DNA of 64,000 nucleotides, filler included, from Circinaria calcarea (GCA_051942165.1; 22 parts of 22 records of this genome joined end to end with filler, not necessarily neighbours in it); one strand, 5' to 3'; positions 49,677 to 61,297 are shown, numbered from the whole stretch's first letter. Made by a program: numbers and translations. Notes: a model not told the origin generated them from the letters alone.

Positions 49677-51476
49677 TATCAGCTCCTGCATTCAATAGTG
49701 GTATGATGAAGTCGTCACCACGACCTTGGATCCCACATGCATGTAGAGCCGTATGTCCATCCGTGTCTCTTCCCTCGGGAGAAGCTCCATGAGCTAATAA
49801 TAACTCCAGGCATTCGGATGTATGGTAGTCCTCTCTACACGACCAAGCAATTGCACTTCTCCCCGTTGACACATCAGCACCAGACTGTAAGAGATCCTTT
49901 ACAGCTAGCAGATCCGCTCTTCAAACAGCCCAGTACAAAGGACTTCTTAAACTAGCATCAAGGTCATTTATGTGGCCATTATATTCCTGGAGAAGGCTTC
50001 TGACGCTGGTATCAATAAGGCCAAGGGCTGCGAGATGCAATAACGTAAACCGACGTCCCCTGAAGTCGATATCTTCATGAAAAAGGTCCTTTATTATCGT
50101 TTCTTCAGCACCAAAGAAAAGTCTCTCAACGGCAAGATCTGCTGCTGTCCTGTTTGTAACATTAACAAGAGCTTACTAGGTGTCAAGCCGGGTTCCTACA
50201 TTTGAGAAGAATTCACCACGGAAGGATCAACTCCAGCATTGAGGAGAAATTTGCACATTTCTTCAAAATTATGATGCATAGCTATCTATAATAGCGGTCA
50301 GCTCTATTATAGTAGATATGCCAGAGTGTACATACATGCAGAAATGTATTACCATCTTTATCGATATCTGAGGGACCTGCCTGTCCTCGTGTAAATAGCG
50401 TTTTGAGGCCCTTAAGATCATTTTCCTCGCAACATCTGAATGCGGGGGAATCTCTTGGGATCAATCTCGAAACCCATAAGAGCATATCAGGATGCCCGGC
50501 GACTGAGAAACGAAAATCGAGATGTAAAGCCCGAGCAAGAAACCATAGCGGGAAGTAGTATGTGAATCGTAATGAAGTAGTACCGCAGCAAGTACATTGA
50601 CCCTCGGTAGGTGGAGAAGATATGAATCGACCACTGTAGCAAAAACATAGCTCGCCCAAGAGGTTTTTCAATAGCCCTGGAGACTTATAACACCTCGGTA
50701 GGTAACGCCGGCATTGATAGGACATTGGGCATTGATAGGACAGTAGGCACCCTGGAAAGCCACGGCTGCGGATATTTGATATAGACGAGTAAACACTAGT
50801 GTTTTCCGTCAATGGAGTGACCCCCGGAGATTGAACGCTTGATACAACTCTGGTATCCTTTGTCAATGTTTCCAGAAGCTTAGAAAGCCTTATTAGGCCA
50901 TTGGATAAATCTCGCTGGACCGGCAGAGCCTTGTTATAATCCACTGCATCTAGCAAAGCGTGTACTCTGAGTACCTCTACTCTTAGTTGTGTTCCTCCTA
51001 ATTGCGTAGTAATTATCATGCTGATATCCCGACATATTTTATAAATCTCATGGCCTTGTTTCTCGATCTGAGGCCCCCATCTAATCCACTTGACCCTATT
51101 AAGGCCCGGGCTCGATGAAGTTTGGACTTCGTACCCCGTTCCAACCACCTCATACAGCTGTAGCTGGAGGGCGCATATCTGAGAATGTGCTTGTTTCAGT
51201 AGAGGCTCAAGAAGCGAACTAGTTCTCTCCACTTCTGATTTTAGCATAGGGTTACCTGAAAGTCTTGAAATTCTTACAGTGCTTATATAGAGAACTTGTA
51301 TAGATATCAAAATATTCTTGAAGAAGAAGCGCTAAGTCCGTAAGCGCATTCGACAGGGCGAGGATCTTATCTGGTGTTCCTTTTTGGGCATTTGCAGCCT
51401 TACGGAGCCCTCGCGATAGCTTATCGCACACGTTAATGACAGCTGGGATCGAGGCTGTGATGGAAAGTGGATCCAT
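49677..51476 (-). pseudogene. Ankyrin-repeat protein with a fungal N-terminal helical domain (MDPLSITASI type), disrupted
   Basis: N-terminus MDPLSITASI..ILALSNALTDL; frame break about 51250-51310; FTYYFPLWFL; ankyrin repeats (DKDGNTFLH, TLLHLAALG, DGHTALH). In-frame TGA at 49921-49923 in SPLYWAV*RAD. Confidence 0.7.
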
Positions 51477-52584
51477 AGCGCAGCATCGAGTTGATAAACT
51501 TGGTTTAAAGCAAGATAAGTATACGTTACCAGAGGTATAGAATGAAATGTGGTATTAATATCCGTAAGGCGGAATTTAGTGATAGTAACATGCGTAAGGC
51601 TTGGAGAGTCTCTCCTTAACCCTTACCTGCTTGTGTCTGATGAAGCAGAATTTAAGGCGATCTTCAATTCTGGTATCTCAAGGAAGCCGGATCCATTATG
51701 CACAAGCGAGCGTAGTGGTCTGGTGTGAGGTCGTAGAGTACTTTACTTGAAAAGTATCTGAGGCTAAGGTACGTGGTAACGTGAGGCACGAGCAATACGA
51801 TGGCTATACGCAGTATATGCGAAAACTAATCATTGCCGAAGAAGAAGTGTGCGAGTGAAGGGTTTTCACTATACGCCAAGACGGCAAATAAGCGAGGTAT
51901 CGCCACCCTCTAAGCGTAGAGCATAAGCCTGGTATAAGAGACAAGCTATCAGTATTTTCAAATAAAGGTAAGCACAGCCGGAACTATATAATGAAGATGC
52001 ATAGCCTCGTAGAAAACTATCTCGTCAAGTCAATGGCTTATCTTTAAAGCACAGTCATAAAGCCTTAGGCTCTTTTGCAAGATAAGCTAGTAACAGGAGT
52101 AAAGGCCAAGTGACGAGGCTGTTTAGATAAACCATAGTGTAGAATGCCTCGCGTTAAGCCAATAAGAGTAAAGCCCGAGGCACTCTCGATAATCCAGCCT
52201 TGGCCGCATCTTTTGCATGTAATTGGAGCGCGTAAAGAAGGGAAGCGGGGAATTAGCACTTTTACCGGGCGCAAAAGCCTTGCCAGCGCGCCTTGTGAGC
52301 GTTTCAGCCCAGTAATTATTGGCCGCTGCAGCTGCACTGATAAAGAGCAGATAGTATAACTTACATTGTCAATGTACACTGTCCGGAGTCACTCCGGGAA
52401 AAGGAAAGAGTCATCATGAAATGAGCTGTACACAGTAAAACGAATACATGGACTGTCTCCCCCTCCACCCCTCACCCCCCTTTCNNNNNNNNNNNNNNNN
52501 NNNNNNNNNNNNNNNNNNNNNNNNNNNNTTAATTAATTAANNNNNNNNNNNNNNNNNNNNNNNNNNNNNNNNNNNNNNNNNNNN

Positions 52585-54168
52585 CTTGGTGTTCCATTAT
52601 TATCCCCCATCTCGTAGATGAGTGGATTGGCTTCTAGCTCGTAGCAAGGCGCCTCTTCAGTTGGAAGCTCCTGCTTAACGCCATCCTCAAGCTCGTAGCT
52701 AGGTGCCTCCTCAGTGGCAAGTTCATGCTTACCAGCGCAAATCTTATTCAGCAGAGCCCAAGAGGAGTTGTCTGAACTGCCTGGAGCTTTTTCAGTCACT
52801 ACAGCATGATGTACGCGGAGATACGTGAGGTTTTTGGCGGCATGACGGCCCAGAATTGGAATGATTTTTTCTGCTCCCGGTAATACCTTTGAGAACTCCA
52901 GCTGACGTGATGAGGTAGACCGTGCTCGAGGTCTTACTAGAGCCTTTGCTGTGTCGACGGCTCCAACATCTAGAACGTTCAAATTGCCCGACTTTATTAA
53001 GCTGGCTATGCCTTCCACGGTCAGGTAGTTGTTTGCGACATAGAGATGTGTCAGTCCAACAGCAGGGAGATCCTCACTAGGGAGTCGGCTGACCACCCCG
53101 CTAGTTAACCTTCTCACAAATCGCTGGTCGATATCATCACCCCGGAATTCATCCAATAGGTAAGAAATTGGTTTTCGGATGCCACACGGCCAGTCCTCGT
53201 CCGACACTCCAGGAACCGCGTTTGATACAGAACCCTGATCCGTCATGGGTTCTTGCGTAGATGGGAAACAAGCGCTCAGAAGCTTCCTGATACTTGTGTC
53301 TGTAATCTTGTTATCTCTTACGTCTAGACTTCGTACGCGGATGCCAATAGCCTCTGCAAGCACATCGATGTCTTCATCCCGGAGATTCACATGTCGCAGC
53401 TTTAGGATCTGAAGACCAGGCATATGACGGAAGCTTGATAGCACTGCATGATCTCGTGCCGCCAACGTTTCCGAGAGGTCTAGGAAGACCAGATTGGTCC
53501 AGTGAGAAAGAGCCTCAGCAAGACCGGTTGACGTCGTATTGGCGCAATGTGTAGCTATGAGCAATCTCAGCGGGAATCCTGATCTTTCGCGAGAAGTCGA
53601 AGAAATCGAGCGTCGAGTGATGCTTGCGGATCTCTGCGGTGACCGGTCGACATCGAGCATACTTTGCGTTTCTTCCACCGTTTCTAGCGGTTCATGATGA
53701 GTGCTTGGCTGGCGCAGAGCCAGCAGTGCTGAGTGGTCGAAGAATGGCAGTTGTGAGACGATCAGTGACTGTAAATTGGGAAGCTGTTCGAGGACATCCC
53801 TCAGCCATTCATTCTTCGGCCCCTCGTATATCTCTGATTGTGCTGGAGGCAAGTGCAAGGTATGAGTGAGCTCCCGGACTTTGGTACGAACTATTGGGAG
53901 AGCCCGTTTGAAGCGTGTGAGGGCGACTAATCATAGTCAAAATGTGCTCAGTTCTCTCCTATCTCTCCTGCGTACCGTAGACCCTATCATTCTCGGTCCC
54001 GAAGTGGGACGCAGGGTTACCCCATAGATGGGGCGCGAAGATCTGATGCCATCTTTTCGAGACCAACGAGGCTTCACATAGACCAGGTCCATCGATGTAC
54101 CGAGCTATGATCGACCAATGATCTCGAGTTATTGCTTCATCGTAGGAAGGGGGTACGGCGGATTCCAT
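52585..54168 (-). CDS. F-box-like / leucine-rich-repeat protein (3' truncated)
   Basis: ASLVSKRWHQIFAPHLWGNPASHFGTENDRVY|VALTRFKR; LRR-like LVFLDLS, LQILKLR, VRSLDVRDNKITD, LTHLYVANN. Confidence 0.8.
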
Positions 54169-54696
54169 GTGACCCTCTCGGTTTTCTTTTTTAAATCATG
54201 CAGCAGAGGGGGGTGTTTCGTGGTAAAGCATGGCAGCCTTGACATAGTAGGATGGATTGTGGGATGTAACCTCGTAGCTGCTAACATAGAGGCTATCTCT
54301 GTACCACTCATCACTCCGGAGTAAGAAAGGCGTATATGGTTCCTTTGCGGCGTAGCTTGCCTTGTATTCCACCACACACCAGCCACCGGCCTTGCTACTT
54401 CCTGCTCTACGAGGGATTTCGTAATTTTAAATACGTGCAATAAAGAAGAGGTGCAAGAAGATGATGCAGTGAAGTTTGCACATGTCTTGCTCAAAAAGCT
54501 AGCTAATAAGGCACGCTGCGAATCAAGAGTCTACACGTGAGACACTTAGATTATATATGTCTGAATGACTTAAATGGCATACGGCCGGAGGTTGATTCAT
54601 TCGAGTATCCAATAATAGTTTATAGAGCTTAGTGCCCAGTCGAATTTCTATGCTGGAGGCTCAAATGAGAAGGCCTTAGAGTACACGCCATGACAG

Positions 54697-55389
54697 CTAG
54701 AAATCCACTCCATCCATACAGTGTCCACACCACCCGCAGTCCTTATCGCAAAGGCCCCAATTCTGATCATCAATCATGTAGCTAGTCCCATATGCAGTCC
54801 CAGACGTGTATTCCGGGTCGTAGACGCTGTAACCGGGAGAGAGGCCAGTGGCTGCGAGCCCGGAGCTACTGGTGGAGAAAGTGGTTTTGGATTTGGGGGG
54901 CTTGGAAGTGGTTGGGGTCTGCCTCGAGGGGGCAAAGACTCCGGCGCAAGCCTTGGGAGTTGGATACCTATTATTCTTTCTCTTGGGTGCTGCAGTCTCG
55001 GAGGCTGGTTTGATATGCTTGGCAGAGATGGGAATATCGATAGTGGGGTTTGAGGTGCGAATTGTGCTCTGCGTTTTAAGGTTCCTAGTGTGTGGCTTTC
55101 CTTCAAGGTGTGCATCCTTTTGTGACGCGAGCATCTTTCGTGAGCATAAATCACAAAGCCAGTATGATGAAGGGTTGGTAATGGATGGGAAATGTGCTAT
55201 CTTCTGTTCGGGAGGTATGGCTGAGTTCGTAGCAGCCCCCTTATGAGCCTTGTCTGGCTGATTGTCGATTCTTGGTTTTCTGTTCCGACTACTGTTCGGT
55301 TCTGTAGCACTGGGTGTTGACTGGAGCACTGCTGGACTTTCGGCCGAGCAAAGCACGCTGGTATGGATAGAGAGGCTAGAGAGGAGACT
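54697..55389 (-). CDS. U1/matrin-type C2H2 zinc-finger protein with C-terminal CDKDCGWCGHC motif (5' truncated)
   Basis: WLCDLCSRKMLASQKDAHLEGKPH; the protein ends WGLCDKDCGWCGHCMDGVDF*. Confidence 0.75.
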   Translation of the reverse strand, partial: SLLSSLSIHTSVLCSAESPAVLQSTPSATEPNSSRNRKPRIDNQPDKAHKGAATNSAIPPEQKIAHFPSITNPSSYWLCDLCSRKMLASQKDAHLEGKPHTRNLKTQSTIRTSNPTIDIPISAKHIKPASETAAPKRKNNRYPTPKACAGVFAPSRQTPTTSKPPKSKTTFSTSSSGLAATGLSPGYSVYDPEYTSGTAYGTSYMIDDQNWGLCDKDCGWCGHCMDGVDF

Positions 55390-55489
55390 NNNNNNNNNNN
55401 NNNNNNNNNNNNNNNNNNNNNNNNNNNNNNNNNTTAATTAATTAANNNNNNNNNNNNNNNNNNNNNNNNNNNNNNNNNNNNNNNNNNNN

Positions 55490-56523
55490 TCCCTGTGTTG
55501 TGTAACAAGCAGTTTTGTGGCTTAAGGTCTCGGTGGATATAACCATTAACGTGAAGATGATTCACGCCCGCTGTTATGTCTTTGAAGAATAAACAAATCT
55601 CTTCGAATGATAGCTTCCGTGGCCCCTGAAGTTCTTGGGGCGGTTCTGGTTGATTCTTTGAGCGTCGTCTCATACGTTCCTTGAGCTGCTCCTTGGTAGG
55701 CGTCGCTGCTTTTGCACCACCACAGATATAATTCTGGAGATCGCCACCATTGCAATATTCTTGCAGCAAGAACGCACAAGGCGTGCTTGGGCCAAAGTCG
55801 TTGATCTGGAAGTCTTCTAACCATACGTGACAGTAAGAAACTAGGTTCTGATGGGATAGTTTTTGTAGCACTTGCACCTCCCGGAAGACTTTCTCCAACC
55901 ACGCGTGGTCATTCCCCACAGGTATCCTCTTCAAAGCAAAGTATCCTACATGAAGTCCCCCCACTTGATGTTCGACAAGCAGCACCACTCCTTTACCACC
56001 TCTACCCAACATGCGTTGCTCTATGAAGAACCTCTTGAAGTAATTAGGACTGAAAGCCGACGAGGAGATTGCATTCGGGGGCGTGGAAGGAGTTTGAGCA
56101 GCCCCGGTTGACTTGGCCCTTTCAAGCCGAACAGCCGGGCTCAGTCGACTCCAAAGCGAACGAGATCCCGCGGAATCTGGAGAGCTAGGGCCAGCGGTAG
56201 AGCCAAGCGTACTGTGCTGAAGCGTACGGAAATACTGGGGACTGCCGATCGTGGTGGCGTTGGGGCTGGTGCTGTGGTTTGCATGGCCGGGACCTTGAGA
56301 GTCATCGTGCATTGGCCGGTGGCAGAAGGGGCACTCGGTCAAGTCGATCTGGTCATCTTCCGTGGCTTTGCGCACGACGAGCTGCTTCGAAGCCGGACTG
56401 TAAACGACAACCTGATCATTCCGACGACTATTCGTAGTTGATGATGAGCGTTTGCCAGCATATATCCACCGACACCACTTACAAGATCAGTTCGCGATTT
56501 CCTGGGTAAGGTATAACCTCCAT
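55490..56523 (-). CDS. IKS1: IKS1-family Ser/Thr protein kinase (3' truncated)
   Basis: MEVIPYPGNRELIL|RRNDQVVVY, CPFCHRP, YFKRFFIE..LGRGGKGVVLLVEH, FALKRIPVGNDHAWL, HQNLVSYCHVWLED, IHRDLKPQNCLL. Confidence 0.92.
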
Positions 56524-57670
56524 CTTCAGCCGGACTCTCTGCGGCAAACGAGTTGCGCAAGGTTGGATTGCAGGTAGCACATTTCTGTCGAAGCTCAAGG
56601 GATGAAGAGGCAGTAAGAGGAAGACGCGCTTCAACGGCAACGGATTGTCAAGGACCAGGGGTTAACAAAGGTGTTGCCTGCGGCAAAAGGGTGTTGATGG
56701 ATGCAAACAGCGTCGACCGAGATTCCATAAAGGAGTCGAGTGGTGAGAGGGAGCTGGTCATGATGATTGCTGAAAGCAACACAAATGCCCATTACCTTAT
56801 GCGTCTTTCGATAGAGGCGCTAGTGTGCTGAGTTAAACGCTTGGCAGGAATTCGGTCCCGACGGCGGGGTAGGGTGTTCCATTGGTAGTGGCCCTCGTGT
56901 ACTCTGACGGCTACTGCGATGACATGATATACGCCTTGTACAATAGCGTGTCATATAATACGCCGGTGACGGGGTATACTTGAGAAGATTATACGTTCTT
57001 TGTGCGACAGCTACACACCATCATGTTCAGAAAAGGGCCAAGGAGGATACGAAGCAACTGGAATCTATCAGGAATCGCTATCATGGCCACGGCGACTTTC
57101 GCCGTGGACGACATCCAGCTTCCTTGGACATAGAATACAGGTACAACTCTATGCAGCGTCCTTTGTGCAAATAACAGTTCCCAGACTTTCGTTTCTTGCT
57201 CAGCACAGTCCGACAAGGCTTGCGATCGAATTTCCGAATCATTCTCTAACGAGCGACAAGATTTATTGACATTGTTGTAAAAACGAGCACACCTCCAGCG
57301 TGTCTATCCGCAGACTCCGAGTATATTGAGCTTCAACCAAGAGATTCCTAAATCCTGTTACGATGAGATCATTTCCAAGCTGACTATGATGACGAGGCGT
57401 TGACTCGGATCTGCCGTGTTATACGACCACTCAAACTGAGCGAAAGGTCTCTTATGTGCTCTTCCTAAAACTATGAGTGCGGCCCACAATAGGAATCCCC
57501 ACGTCTATCCCTTCAAGCAATCCTACCTCCTCTCAAATGCTTCTGTACGCTCATCTCCTCTTGCTTGTCTACTTGGCAACATTCTCTCCTGCCCTGCGAG
57601 CCCACCATTGATAACTTCCCCTTTCCTCCATCGGTGAATTCATAACTTCTCGACGCCTACCGTTCAAAGG

Positions 57671-58123
57671 ATGGATAAATCAAGACATTCCGGTACCGCC
57701 CCAGAAGTTCTGTCGGTCGATTCTGCCCTCGAACCTTACATAGACTACTCGGGCCCACAAGCCATCTTCGACAAGTCACAAAAGGAAGTGGCTCTCGGCG
57801 AAGCACGGTTAGAGATGGCCCTGGGAGAAGACAAAGAGGTATACGGGATTGAAGTCTTGGAACACGAGGAAAGCACGCAGGAAAGCGATAAGACGATTCA
57901 ACGGCGACGGACCTCGGGTGATGAACTATATGATCGATTTCGGGAGTTTGCCAGAAAACACATAGGGTGGATCCTGTTGATTGTGTCGGTGATGATCATC
58001 ACCATTATTGTTCAGGCCGCTTCGTCGAAAGGTCAGGAAAAGCTTCTCAACATTCAAAAAACAAAGGGTGATGGAACCGCGTACCTGACCAGAAACGCGA
58101 CGGGTCTTGATGTGCTAGAGTGA
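57671..58123 (+). CDS. Hypothetical single-pass membrane protein (first exon or whole gene)
   Basis: 150-aa ORF with an acidic N-terminus and hydrophobic segment IGWILLIVSVMIITIIVQA. Confidence 0.5.
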   Translation: MDKSRHSGTAPEVLSVDSALEPYIDYSGPQAIFDKSQKEVALGEARLEMALGEDKEVYGIEVLEHEESTQESDKTIQRRRTSGDELYDRFREFARKHIGWILLIVSVMIITIIVQAASSKGQEKLLNIQKTKGDGTAYLTRNATGLDVLE

Positions 58124-58393
58124 CCGTAAGGTTATACTACCAGGTTCCTTCTCGCTTCATCATCAGAATGCAATAATGACATTATTCTAGGCATCCTCTC
58201 ACATACAGTCCTTCCGTCCTCCAGTCATCATAGATATCCAAACAAAGAAACCCTTTCTACAAAGCCATTGTCCAACCCCCCCCTCCCTTAATCNNNNNNN
58301 NNNNNNNNNNNNNNNNNNNNNNNNNNNNNNNNNNNNNTTAATTAATTAANNNNNNNNNNNNNNNNNNNNNNNNNNNNNNNNNNNNNNNNNNNN

Positions 58394-58809
58394 TATCTAG
58401 ATCTCAGGCATTGCATCGGCATGATCCAAATCCTCACCTTGACATCCGCATTCATACGTACGTGACTCAAAAGCGGAAGAACATCTCAACGCACATCTAT
58501 CGCTGGCTGCTTGAGATGCACCGGACGGAGGAGCATCCGGCGTCGCCGCTCACGGGCCTTATTAATCCCACGCATTTTGGTCGTCCAGATTTCGTGCGCG
58601 TCTTAGACGAGCACTATGTGGACATGTGTAGGATATTGGCGTCGAGAGAGAACGACGACGGCGATCACAGGCTGAAGATCGGTGTTTTCTTTTGCGGCGC
58701 ACCCGTCATCGGCGAGGTATTGGCAGATCAATGTCGGTTGTTGACTGCTAAGGGTAAGAAGAATGGGAGCCGGATTGAATACTACTTTATAATGGAGGTT
58801 TTCGGATAA
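58394..58809 (+). CDS. NADPH oxidase C-terminal NADPH-binding domain, NoxC/Nox3 type (5' truncated)
   Basis: IRIHTYVT, LTGLINPTHFGRPDF, IGVFFCGAPVIG, terminal YFIMEVFG. Confidence 0.85.
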
Positions 58810-59068
58810 TGGAACCGCACCGTTGCTTAAAGGCTACGCCGTTTTCAGCTAATCGCTGCTGCATGCAAGAGTAGTCCTCCTCGAGACCCTCATAATTGCT
58901 GGCGCTATCGCTCGTTGTACGAAGTAGGTCGAGCCGCTCGAGTATGTAGTGATTAAAAGGATGTCCACCTTGGGACTTTTGCAGAGGAGGCCTAGGTTAG
59001 CAATCGCCAGCTTTATAGCCGTCGGTATAGATAGAAAGGAGGAGCATTATAGGGAGGGCGCTACGTCT

Positions 59069-59709
59069 GCCCTGAAACGAAGTGAAACGAAGTGGAAGGG
59101 TTTAACTTCGGCGGGAGATTTTCCGAACCGAACCAAAGTTTTGCGGTGTTCTCACTCTGGCCTCAAAATTGGCCTAAAAGGGTTTAGTTTTTTGGCTCGA
59201 TTAAGCCTAGTTTTTCTAACCTATTTGGGCTTATTAGGTTTAGCGTGGTATAACTTTATGCTAATAGCTTTATGCTATACCGCAGCTTTATGCTATACCG
59301 CAGCTTTATGCTATACCGCAGTTTTATGCTATACTAAGTGCTATTGCTAATGCTACGTGCTACGCTATACTGCGTGCACTTTCTATATAATGCTGCGTGC
59401 TCCTTACATACTATGCTCCATGCTATATTCCGTTCTATATCATATTTCATGCCTATATTATTTATGCTTATAATATATAGCCCGGGCCTAAATAGGCCTA
59501 GGCGGCTTCCAGCCGGTTAGGGTTAGGAACCGTAACTTTAAGCCATACTGTAGCTTTATATTATGCTATAGCTTTATGTTGTACTACAGCTTTATATTAT
59601 GCTGCAGCTCCATGTTATGTTATAGCTCCATATTATGCTGCAGCTCCATGCTATGCTGCAGCTTCATGCTATGCTGCAGCTAATAGCTAAATATAATACG
59701 TTTCAGGGC
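59069..59709. mobile_element. Putative non-autonomous element copy A with 11-bp TIRs (GCCCTGAAACG) and internal 18-bp tandem arrays
   Basis: GCCCTGAAACG at 59069-59079 and CGTTTCAGGGC at 59699-59709. Arrays GCTTTATGCTATACCGCA (about 59267-59333) and ATGCTGCAGCTCCATGCT (about 59550-59680). Confidence 0.65.
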
Positions 59710-60089
59710 CTGCGCGCTTGCGCGCGTTACAAGTTCAATAAGCTCCACAGTATGACCGGAATGTATGCCTGTTATGGCGCCACGCCATACTCAGGGTCCA
59801 GGACTATATACGGACTAGCGGGTTCACCACACGTGACTGAGCAGAGTGAGCGGAGTGAGCAGGGTAGTGCTCATGGTGCTCGGTGTGCTCATGGTGCTCG
59901 GTGTGCTCAGGCTACTATATAGGCAGGCTGTTCCTCGCTCTTTAGAACAGTATGCTTATAGAACCATAACGACTTCAATATACTCCTTTTATATTGAGCC
60001 TAGGGCAATAGTTTGACTACGTCCTATGTAACCGTGCTGTCACCAATCGGGACCTATCATATTCCTCAATAGGCCCCAAGGATTGTAGC

Positions 60090-60643
60090 GCCCTTACAGC
60101 ATATTATATAGTATGGAAGAAGGACGCCGCATAGTATAGAGAGAGCATGTAATATAGCATGAAAAGGGTATATAATATAGTATGGAAAGAGCATGTAGCA
60201 TAGCATGGAAAGAGCATGTAGTATAGCATTGAGCATAATATGGAGTATAGCATGGAACATAGCATGGAGCATAGCATGAAGCATAGCATGAAGCATAGCA
60301 TAGCGAAAACACGCGCATAGAATAGCGAAAGCACGCAGCATAGCATAGAAAGAGCATATAGTATAGCACGGAAAGAGCATGCAGCATAGCATAGAAAGAG
60401 CACGCTGCATATAAGTCCTGAATATTTGCGTGGAGAGTGTATAATCGAGCATTTTACAACCTTCCTATAAAGGTAAGAGCTAAGGCCCAAAATGGACAGA
60501 AAACTAGGCCGAAAAGCGTAAAAAAAATAAACCCTTTACGGCCACTTTAAGTGTTCTGCTGAGACTCCGGTAGAATTTTACTCGGATCGGACCGGGTCGT
60601 GCCCAGATTTATAACCCTTCAACTTCGTTCCTCGTTTCAGGGC
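60090..60643. mobile_element. Putative related element copy B, inverted relative to A
   Basis: Right end CGTTTCAGGGC at 60633-60643. About 165 bp next to it is the degenerate reverse complement of the left end of A. Interior is an AGCAT array; degenerate left end GCCCTTACAGCATATTATA. Confidence 0.55.
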
Positions 60644-61054
60644 ATTGATCCCCGAAGCAGGAGGTATAGGATTCGAAGATGCAACGAAAGTAGTCCTAAT
60701 GACCGCTCAAGTGTTCCTTCGGCTTTTAGATACCTCCTTGTCGATGTGAAGGAGTCAAGACGCCGTCAGAACCTTTTTTCGGATCCGTCATGTGTGGCGT
60801 AATACACTGTGGCTTTGCTGGTGATGGCAACATTACCCGTTCTGATTAAAATCACCGAAAACTTGGAAAACCAACGGGCAGCCCGCCCTTTTGGCCGCGT
60901 ATCTACACTGTAAATAATAATATCTACTAGACGACTCCCCTTCTCTCATTCACGTATTGCTCACTTGGTCAACACTAAACATTCAATTCATTCTCTTCCT
61001 ACAACCGTTCACGATCCCCTCCTGCGACTCTTATATCTTCCCGTCACTTACATC

Positions 61055-61197
61055 ATGCATCTCTCATCAGCCGCCCTCCTCTTCGCGTTTGCGATCAGGG
61101 CAATCGCGGCGCCTGAACCGGTGGAGAAAAGACAAGGCAGTGTCTCGGATCTATTAGACTTGTCAGTCTCACTACCCAGAACATACATTCTACTTCT
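61055..61197 (+). CDS. Secreted protein N-terminus (truncated)
   Basis: MHLSSAALLFAFAIRAIAAPEPVEKRQ: signal peptide plus Kex2-like KR site. Confidence 0.7.
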
Positions 61198-61297
61198 NNN
61201 NNNNNNNNNNNNNNNNNNNNNNNNNNNNNNNNNNNNNNNNNTTAATTAATTAANNNNNNNNNNNNNNNNNNNNNNNNNNNNNNNNNNNNNNNNNNNN

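Noticed and set aside
60066..60490. Hydrophobic ORFs (MLHAMLHA.., YASCYAPC..) and 58949-59922 ORFs
   Set aside because: They are translations of TATGC/GCATA tandem arrays, not credible proteins.
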